NCBI GenBank assembly: GCA_963817525.1 | Contig: CAWFOU010000007.1 | Coordinates: forward strand, 704,001 to 768,000 | Length of the DNA: 64,000 nucleotides | Reading direction: 5' to 3' | From: an uncultured archaeon | GTDB taxonomy: Archaea > Thermoproteota > Nitrososphaeria > Nitrososphaerales > Gagatemarchaeaceae | Notes under the pieces: generated by a model | What the model was told of the DNA's origin: nothing | What the model saw: only the letters and a program-made list of their open reading frames with translations | Databases searched by the model: none | Position numbers and translations under genes: made by a program | Shown here: positions 57,199 through 64,000 of the stretch, piece by piece | Layout of the letters: every line of letters begins with the position of its first letter | Position numbering within the stretch: position 1 is the first letter of the stretch

Positions 57199-57348
57199 TC
57201 ACTTAACTCCGCCGATACGAAATAGGCGAGTACCACAGACTGGACAAGTCCCTTGTATCGCTTTTCTTCCATTCTTCATGGTAATTTCTTTGGGGTCTTT
57301 CATCTCCCTCTTTGCTTTGCATTTCACGCAGAAGGCTTGAGTCGCCAT
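57199..57348 (-). CDS. DUF5679-type zinc-ribbon micro-protein (49 aa; not in ORF track)
   Basis: AFCVKCKAKREMKDPKEITMKNGRKAIQGTCPVCGTRLFRI. Confidence 0.85.
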   Translation of the reverse strand: MATQAFCVKCKAKREMKDPKEITMKNGRKAIQGTCPVCGTRLFRIGGVK

Positions 57349-57508
57349 TATGATTCGCTCTTCAGACGTGGATGAACCCGTATAAACCGCGCCAGTCCAA
57401 CACGCTTCTCAACTGGCTCCACCAGATTAGACAATGACTTGGACGTCACAAGAGTTACCCGGAGGTTAATTACGGCCTGGCTCTCCAGACGAGAATCGTA
57501 GGCGCGCC

Positions 57509-58546
57509 TTGGCAACGATTCTATACGGCGTCAGCCCGATCGGGTTTGGGCACGCTTCCCGCTCCGTGGCGATCGGGCTCAAGCTGAGGGAAAAGTCGAT
57601 CGAGCCGGAGTTCGCGACGGGCGGCCCCGCGGCGAAGTTCCTCGAGTCCTACGGCTTCAAGGTCCACGACGTCGTCACCGAGCCCGTCCCCTCGGAGTCG
57701 GGAGGGGAGATGAAGATGGCTGCGCTGTGGTATCTCAGGTACTGGTTCGGCTACAGGTCGACCAGCGGGAGGATGGCCGAGCTAATCACGAGGCTCTCCC
57801 CCCGCCTCGTGGTGGGGGACGAGGAGTTCTCCTCCGTCTCCCTCGCGCTCCAGAGGGGGATCCGGCACGCGATGATATCCGACGAGCTCCAGCTCGGCTT
57901 TGCGAGGGGCGCGGTCGCGAAGAGGGTGGAGGCGCGCGTGAGCGAGTGGTACTCGGACCTCCAGGGGCGCGTCTCCAACCTGCTCGTCCCGGCCTTCGGG
58001 ACGGACAGCGGTAACGTCCACTACATGACCCCTGTGACGAGGGAGGTCAGGACGACGCGCGAGGCGGAGAGGAACGAGCGAGGCCTCCCCCTCGACTCCA
58101 AGGTCGTCCTCTTCAGCTCGAGCGGTAGCGGGATCGGGAGGTTCCTTCTCGAAAAGTCCCTCCGGGCCTTCAAGAATGTGTGCACGCACGGGGAGGTCTT
58201 CGCCACCTCGGGGGTCGGCATCCCCCACGCGGCGGGGAACGTGCGCGACCTGGGGGTCGTCCGCGACAACCAGAACCTGATCGCGGCGTCCGACCTCGTC
58301 ATCTCGACGGCGGGGAAGAGCACCATCGACGAGTGCGTCGGCAGCGGCACGCCGATCATCGCCGTCCCGATAAGAAACCATGTCGAGCAGGAGAGGAACG
58401 CCGCCGAGCTGGGCTTCTCCTTCGGCGACCTAGGAAGGCTCGAGGAGCTCATACCCAAGCTCGTGGGCAGGAGGAGCGCGCCCGCAAACTACGCGGGCGC
58501 CCAGCGGACCGCTGACTACCTGGCTTCGCTTCTGCCCGCCAGCTAG
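57509..58546 (+). CDS. GT-B glycosyltransferase (GT28/MurG-like)
   Basis: GFGHASRS, DLVISTAGKSTI.E, GTP.I.VP..H.EQ..NA. Confidence 0.88.
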   Translation: MATILYGVSPIGFGHASRSVAIGLKLREKSIEPEFATGGPAAKFLESYGFKVHDVVTEPVPSESGGEMKMAALWYLRYWFGYRSTSGRMAELITRLSPRLVVGDEEFSSVSLALQRGIRHAMISDELQLGFARGAVAKRVEARVSEWYSDLQGRVSNLLVPAFGTDSGNVHYMTPVTREVRTTREAERNERGLPLDSKVVLFSSSGSGIGRFLLEKSLRAFKNVCTHGEVFATSGVGIPHAAGNVRDLGVVRDNQNLIAASDLVISTAGKSTIDECVGSGTPIIAVPIRNHVEQERNAAELGFSFGDLGRLEELIPKLVGRRSAPANYAGAQRTADYLASLLPAS

Positions 58547-59080
58547 GCGCCCTTCGACTTCTTCCCCGCGCCCTTGCGAGAGAGCTCGCGCATCACCTTC
58601 TTGACCGCATCCTCAGGGGTCGACCCGCCTTCTATGAGCCGGGTCTTCCTCCCGTCCAGGTACCTTCCGGCCCACTCGTCGGCGACGCCGCCCGTCCCCT
58701 TGACGGCCACTATAGGCTTCGCGGCCTGGTAGGCGGCGGCCACCTCGGAGGGTCCCTGCCCCTCCCCCGACGACTATCATCGCGTCCCCGGAGTAGGCGA
58801 CGACGAAGTTCCTGACCCTCCCCAGCCCCGTGGCTATCACGAACTCGCAATACCGGTTCGCCTCGTCGGCGTCTGCGGAAGGGATGATGCCCACCGAGTG
58901 GCCGCCCGCGTCGAGCGCCCCCCTGCTCGCGGCCTCCATCACTCCGCCTAGGCCTCCGCAAACGACCGTCCCGCCCTCCGTCGCAATCGCCCTCCCCACC
59001 CTGTATGCGGCCTCGCGCGCGACACCTGTGCACGAGTCGGCGTCGAAGCCCACGACTGAAATCTGAACTCGCCGGACCAC
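58543..59080 (-). pseudogene. TIGR00725/LOG-family protein, frameshifted at ~58748
   Basis: GGLGGVMEA and GGGAGTL in one frame; EVAAAY...KPIV...GTGG in another. Confidence 0.8.
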
Positions 59081-59141
59081 GGCCGGCGTGGCCGGCTCAA
59101 GCCCTTAAAGGCTCAACGGGCCACGGGGTGCGATCCTCCGA

Positions 59142-59819
59142 TTGACTCGAGCGCGATATGTCGACCGGGCGGAGGCGGGGAGGGTCCTCGCGAAGGCCGT
59201 GAAGCGCGACCTAGGCCCGGGCCTCGCGTCGGGGAGACCTCTGGTCTTGGCCATACCCAGGGGAGGGGTCCCGATAGGCCGCGACGTCGCCGCCGCTCTG
59301 GACGCGGACCTCGACCTCGTCGTGCCAAGGAAGCTCGGGGCCGAGGGGAACCCGGAGTATGCCATCGGGGCGGTAATGCAAGATGGGACCCTCTACTTGA
59401 ACCCGGATGCCCTCAGGGTGACGGGTGCGGGCAAGGAGTACATCGACGCGGAGAAGGGCAGGGAGATGAGGGAGGCGGCGAGGCGCCTCGAGGCTTACAG
59501 GGACGGGCGCCCCGAGCCAGCGCTCCCCGGGAGGGTCGTCGTAGTCGTCGACGACGGGATCGCCACGGGGGCGACCATGATAGCCGCATTGAGGTGGGTC
59601 AGGTCTCACGGGGCGCGGATGGCGGTCGCCGCGGCGCCGGTCGCCCCGCTCAGCACTGTCGATGAGCTGAGCCGGGAGGCTGACCTCGTGATATGCCCTC
59701 TCACGCCCGAGCCCTTCTACGCGATAGGCGCCTTCTACGATAGCTTCGGGCAGGTCAGCGACGAGGAGGTCAAGGCGACGCTGCAGGGATATCGGGGCCG
59801 ACCCGCAAAGGGACCATGA
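59142..59819 (+). CDS. phosphoribosyltransferase family protein
   Basis: LAIPRGGVP, RKLGA, VVVVDDGIATGAT. Confidence 0.92.
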   Translation: MTRARYVDRAEAGRVLAKAVKRDLGPGLASGRPLVLAIPRGGVPIGRDVAAALDADLDLVVPRKLGAEGNPEYAIGAVMQDGTLYLNPDALRVTGAGKEYIDAEKGREMREAARRLEAYRDGRPEPALPGRVVVVVDDGIATGATMIAALRWVRSHGARMAVAAAPVAPLSTVDELSREADLVICPLTPEPFYAIGAFYDSFGQVSDEEVKATLQGYRGRPAKGP

Positions 59820-60691
59820 TCTCCCTCGCCGTGGTCTTGGGGCTCGTCCTCGCCTTCTGCTTCGGGACCTCCGACTACCTCTCAAAGGGCTTGACGGCGA
59901 CGGTGGGGTTCTACCGTACTGCCGTCTACACTCTGGCTGTCAGCGGGGCGCTCGTTCTGGTTCCCGTTTTCCTGCTAGGGATTCCCGGGCGGCTCACCAT
60001 CGCCGGCTTCTTCCTCCTCGCTCTGATTGCCGGGTCAACGTTCGTCGCGTTCTTGTTCATGTACCGAGGATACCAGAAGGGACACCTCTCCGTCGTCTCA
60101 CCGACCGTGAACTCGTTCCCAATCTTCTCAGTCGTCTTCGCGATATTCGTCCTTCGGATCGCGATATCGTCGGAGGAGCTCCTCGCCCTCGCAGGCGTGA
60201 TCCTGGGCATCCTGCTGGTCTCGACGAACCTGGCTGCGCTCAGGTCGTCGACGGGGCGCAGCCTCACGCCCGGAGTCCCCGAGGCCGTCTTGGCCTCGTT
60301 CTTCTTCGCGGTGGGGTTCACCTCGCTGGGATATGCGGACGAGACGATCGGCTACCTCTTCCCCATCCTGGCGGCAAGGCTGGGAGCCGCCGCAGTGGGG
60401 TTTGTCATCGGCGCCGCCCTGAAGCAGGACCTCGCGCCATTCGGAAAGCCGCTCCTCCGGCTCCTAGCGATGGGAACGCTGGAGGCGACCGGGATCCTCG
60501 CCTTCACCCTCGCGCTCTACTACACGAGCATCGCCACCCTCCCGATAGCCACGACCCTGGGAGGAATGGGCGTAGTCTTCACGGTGGGGTACGCGGTGGT
60601 CCTGATGAAGGAGAGGGTCGGGCTGAACTACGCCATAGGGATCGTGATCCTCATCGCGAGCGTGGCGACCCTTCTCTACCTCACGGCTTGA
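59816..60691 (+). CDS. EamA/DMT transporter
   Basis: About 10 TM helices in two repeats; G.LSVVSP, KERV. Confidence 0.85.
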   Translation: MISLAVVLGLVLAFCFGTSDYLSKGLTATVGFYRTAVYTLAVSGALVLVPVFLLGIPGRLTIAGFFLLALIAGSTFVAFLFMYRGYQKGHLSVVSPTVNSFPIFSVVFAIFVLRIAISSEELLALAGVILGILLVSTNLAALRSSTGRSLTPGVPEAVLASFFFAVGFTSLGYADETIGYLFPILAARLGAAAVGFVIGAALKQDLAPFGKPLLRLLAMGTLEATGILAFTLALYYTSIATLPIATTLGGMGVVFTVGYAVVLMKERVGLNYAIGIVILIASVATLLYLTA

Positions 60692-61379
60692 GCGAGAAGT
60701 AGAGCCGTCTGTTGCTCTTCCCCTTGTTCTCTATCTTGTTCACGACTATCTCGCCGATCTCGGAGGTGTTCTTGACGTGGACGCCCCCGTCGGCCTGCGT
60801 GTCTATCCACCCGATCTGCACTATCCTGAGCTCTGCGACGGCCGGAGGGAGCGCGTCCGCGAGCTTGACGAAGCCCGGCGTGTTGAGCGCCTCCTCCCTC
60901 TTCATGAAAAACGTCTTCACCTCCGCGCCGCCCGCGGCGGCCTCATTAGCCATCTTCACGTAGCCCCCGAACATGTCCCTGTCGAACGCCTCCAACGAGA
61001 AGTCGATCCTCGACTCGACCGGCGAGATCTGGTTCCCGGTGATCAGCGCCCCCGTCTCGCGGTTGACCACGGCGCAGAGGATGTGGGCTGTGGTGTGCAT
61101 CCTCATCACCCTATACCTCCTCTCCCAGTCGATGACCCCGTGCACCTCGTCGCCGGGCTTCAGCGACGCTCCCGCGCCGAGCACGTGGTATATCTCCTCG
61201 TCCTTCTTGACCACCTCGACCACCTCCGCCCCGTTGAGCCTCCCGACGTCCGAGACCAGGCCCCCGCCCCGCGGGTTGAACGCGGTCCTGTCGAGCCTCA
61301 CGCCGGCCTCCTCGACAGACTCGACCCTCGCGTCGAACTCGCGGAGGTACATGTCCTGCCAGAAGAGCTTCTCTGTCAT
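60681..61379 (-). CDS. alaX: alanyl-tRNA editing protein AlaX-M
   Basis: LDRTAF.P.GGG..SD.G, MRMHTTAH, DGGVHV (Cys of CxxxH replaced by Asp). Confidence 0.9.
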   Translation of the reverse strand: MTEKLFWQDMYLREFDARVESVEEAGVRLDRTAFNPRGGGLVSDVGRLNGAEVVEVVKKDEEIYHVLGAGASLKPGDEVHGVIDWERRYRVMRMHTTAHILCAVVNRETGALITGNQISPVESRIDFSLEAFDRDMFGGYVKMANEAAAGGAEVKTFFMKREEALNTPGFVKLADALPPAVAELRIVQIGWIDTQADGGVHVKNTSEIGEIVVNKIENKGKSNRRLYFSLKP

Positions 61380-61430
61380 GTTGCGCGCCTTGAATAAATA
61401 TCCGGGGGTGGCCGAGCCCGCGAAGACCCG

Positions 61431-61925
61431 TTGGTGAACAGGTCCAGGCTCCTGATAATGGTCGCCGTCCTAATCCCCCTCCTCGTCGTCGCCGCGGGCG
61501 TCCTTGTATATGATTCTACGCCGATCGCCAGCTCGCCGAACGCCCACTTTTCGAGCTTCACCGTGGGCGGGAAGACCTTCAAGCTGACCTACGTCGCGAC
61601 CAACCAGAGCGCCCTGGCAAAGGGCCTGATGGGTGCGAAGGTGACCTCGAGCACCTTCGAGCTCTTCGTCTTCCCCTCGGCGGGCACGTATTCCTTCTGG
61701 ATGTACGGGGTGAACTCGAGCCTCGACATAATGTGGTTGGACACGCCCCCGGGCTCGGACGCCGGGACCTTCGTCTACCTCGCCCTCGACGCGCCCCCTT
61801 GCCACCTCTCGGTCGCCTGCACCACGTATCAGCCCACCATGAAGGCGGACTATGTGATAGAGGCGCAGGCGGGCTTCGCCGCGGCCAACGGGATAGAGGC
61901 CGGGACCGCGGTGACCCTGAACTAG
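61431..61925 (+). CDS. DUF192 family secreted protein
   Basis: KGLM, FVF, FWM......LDI.W, YVIE..AG. Confidence 0.88.
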   Translation: MVNRSRLLIMVAVLIPLLVVAAGVLVYDSTPIASSPNAHFSSFTVGGKTFKLTYVATNQSALAKGLMGAKVTSSTFELFVFPSAGTYSFWMYGVNSSLDIMWLDTPPGSDAGTFVYLALDAPPCHLSVACTTYQPTMKADYVIEAQAGFAAANGIEAGTAVTLN

Positions 61926-63151
61926 AAGCTCGTTATCTTCGCCTGCGTCAGCTCCCTCGAGACGAGGACGGACGAGGCCTTCCACTTCTTCGTCGGGATC
62001 CTCATCTTCGCCAGCGCCTCGGCAAGTGCGGGGCCAAAGGAGTCGAACTTCGACGGCTTCTGCCTCATCAGCTGGCGGATGCTCTCCCTGACGTTCCAGA
62101 CCCCAAGCGGCATGATGTACCCGGGGTAAGTCTCGCGGAGGACGATGGCCGCAGCCTGCCTGCGCTCCGATTCTAGGGCCTCGCCGACCGCGAGCCTCGT
62201 GGAGTAGTAACAGCCGCCAACCTTCGCGTATGTCTTCCTCCCGAAGTACTCCTCGTAATCGCCGATGAGGTAGGGCTCCTTGTCGAACTTGTTCCAGGTC
62301 GTGTTAGGGAACCACGCCTCTATCCACTCGAACCTCCACGGCTCGGGGAGGAGGATCGCGACGTATTGGTTGTCGTAGACGAAGTATCGGTAGACCCTGT
62401 ACTCGTCGATGGTGGGGAACTCCTTGACTCTCTCGATGAGCTTGGAGCTTATCGTGCTGTCGACCGCGGTGATGCTCCAGCTCGTCGGGACCAGCCTCCT
62501 CCGTGCGCCCTCCCCGAACATCCCGATGCTCAGGGCCCTCTGGATGCGCGTCACCATGATGCCGTCCCTGTAGAGCGAGTAGATCGCGTCCGAGGCCTTG
62601 AGGTCGCGGTCGTAGTACGGCTTCTCTATCTTCCGCTCCACAGTCACGTTGGAAGTCTTGAACCTCTCCATCGGGGCCGAGGGCCCGAAGGGCTGCGTGT
62701 CTTCGCTGAGCGTGAGGACCCTCCTCGGGGCCTTTGAGAGTCGGAGCTCCGAGTCCACCGGCTTGGCCGCCATGGAGAGCTCCTGCAGCTGCTGCAGGGT
62801 CCTTCCAGGGTTCGCCGCGTCCTCGACGTTCGCCCTCGTGTTCCCCCTCACGAGGGAGTACCGATAGTCCACGATGGTCTCGAGCGGCCTCCCCAGCCAG
62901 AACTCGGGCGTGTCCATGATGGAGGTGTCCCCGTACTGGGGCGGGACCATAGGGCCTATCGAGACCTTCGGGTAGCCTATCCTCCCCACGAAGACGCCGG
63001 GCGGGGACGACCCGGAGACCTGGTCGCTGTAGGAGAAGTTCGACCTGCCGATGGACTCGGCCTTTACGATTATGGGGCACCGCGGCTTGCCGCAGAGAAG
63101 CTTCGCTCCGCGACACTGCAAACACATCCAGCCCGGGGGCGCCTCCACCAC
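61922..63151 (-). CDS. nreA: Nre-family DNA repair protein with C-terminal PIP box
   Basis: C..C.G...LCG...CP, SPPGVFVG..GYP, LVPT.WSITAVD, P.GVW.VRE, QAKITSF. Confidence 0.9.
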   Translation of the reverse strand: MVEAPPGWMCLQCRGAKLLCGKPRCPIIVKAESIGRSNFSYSDQVSGSSPPGVFVGRIGYPKVSIGPMVPPQYGDTSIMDTPEFWLGRPLETIVDYRYSLVRGNTRANVEDAANPGRTLQQLQELSMAAKPVDSELRLSKAPRRVLTLSEDTQPFGPSAPMERFKTSNVTVERKIEKPYYDRDLKASDAIYSLYRDGIMVTRIQRALSIGMFGEGARRRLVPTSWSITAVDSTISSKLIERVKEFPTIDEYRVYRYFVYDNQYVAILLPEPWRFEWIEAWFPNTTWNKFDKEPYLIGDYEEYFGRKTYAKVGGCYYSTRLAVGEALESERRQAAAIVLRETYPGYIMPLGVWNVRESIRQLMRQKPSKFDSFGPALAEALAKMRIPTKKWKASSVLVSRELTQAKITSF

Positions 63152-63272
63152 CTCGATCGAGCGTGCGACCTCCTCGAAGCCGACCCTCTCGGCCGAGATT
63201 ACGTTCGATAGCCAGGTGATTCTGCGGGGCAGGTCAAGGCTGCAATGCCCCCGGCCTCTTAAAGTCCTACGC

Positions 63273-64000
63273 TCACCGGGCGACCCTTGACTCGCCGTCT
63301 ACCTTGGTGACCCTGAAGACCTGGTCCGCCATGCTCTCGAGCTCCCTCTCGTGAGAGACGATTATCACCTGCGGGTTGGCAATCTCGTCGAGTATCTCCC
63401 TCACCTTTCCGAGCTGCTCCTTGCTGAACCCGTCGGTGGGCTCGTCGAGGATGAGCGCGCTCGGGCCTGTCTCCGCGTACTTTTGGACGATCTGGCTCAA
63501 CGACAGCCTGTACGCGAGCGCCACGCTCGTCCTCTCCCCGCCGCTGAGGAACTCCACGTCCTGGTCGTACCCCCCCTGGTCGACGATTGGGGAGAACTCC
63601 TCGTCGACCCTCGCCTCCTTCCCGGCGTCGTCGACCAGCGTCCCGAACCACTTTTGGAAGCTCGCGCCAAACTCGCGGTTTATCGACGTCATTACGTGCC
63701 TCTCTATCGACTCCAGCGTCGGGACGAAGAACTCCTCCAGCCAGATCTCCCTCTCCCCGAGGGCCATGGCCTTGGCGGCCGACTTCTCCTTGCGGGCGAC
63801 CGCCTCCGCGCTCCTCTTCGCGTCCTCCCTCCACTTCCTCACGTCGCTCTTTAGGCCCGCGGCCCTGTCCCTCGTCGCCTTGAGGTCCCTGTGGACCGAC
63901 TCGATCTTCCGCTGGAGCTCGTCCAGGCCCTTCGCCTCGCCCTGGAGGACCTCCACCATCGCGTCCAGCTCAGTCAGCTTCTTCTGCCCGGCGTCGAGGT
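63273..64000 (-). CDS. Rad50/SMC-family ATPase, C-terminal part (partial)
   Basis: Coiled coil, LSGGE signature, LILDEPT Walker B, IIVSH. Confidence 0.85.
   Translation of the reverse strand, partial: LDAGQKKLTELDAMVEVLQGEAKGLDELQRKIESVHRDLKATRDRAAGLKSDVRKWREDAKRSAEAVARKEKSAAKAMALGEREIWLEEFFVPTLESIERHVMTSINREFGASFQKWFGTLVDDAGKEARVDEEFSPIVDQGGYDQDVEFLSGGERTSVALAYRLSLSQIVQKYAETGPSALILDEPTDGFSKEQLGKVREILDEIANPQVIIVSHERELESMADQVFRVTKVDGESRVAR

Noticed and set aside
1-64000. CRISPR array, cas genes, rRNA, reverse transcriptase
   Set aside because: No regularly spaced repeats or corresponding motifs seen by eye

Overview
GC-rich archaeal chromosome segment. TFB, CdvB/ESCRT-III, Spt5, S19e/L31e/L39e, Nre and the separated rpl12 suggest Nitrososphaerota/Thaumarchaeota (inference). 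The core is housekeeping: a DUF72-dinB-mutT repair cluster, proC, DRG GTPase, two HtrA proteases, two phosphohexomutases, thiL, fumC, the nep1-rnp4-rps19e-rpl39e-rpl31e-eIF6-pfdA-ftsY and secE-spt5-rpl11-rpl1-rpl10 clusters, rpl12, alaS, leuS, alaX, nre and a partial rad50/SMC. Accessory and unusual elements read from the sequence are: (1) a TnpA-less TnpB element (8540-10010) apparently inserted in the proC TATA box; (2) a 2118-bp IS6-family element (31011-33128) with 25-bp TIRs and an 8-bp TSD that carries a SWIM-domain transposase, a divergent RHH regulator and passenger membrane genes, next to a decayed relative; (3) two integrase-less mini-islands bounded by copies of tRNA 3' ends (tRNA-Arg, tRNA-Gly); (4) a tRNA-Gly(UCC) with a 44-nt D-loop intron and C33; (5) two tandem surface-protein paralogs with apparent CTG starts inside the spt5-rpl11 operon; (6) a stop-interrupted tandem HNH-like gene after leuS; (7) several unannotated zinc micro-proteins and structured intergenic regions. 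No CRISPR array or rRNA was seen. All family calls come from motif recognition, not database searches.
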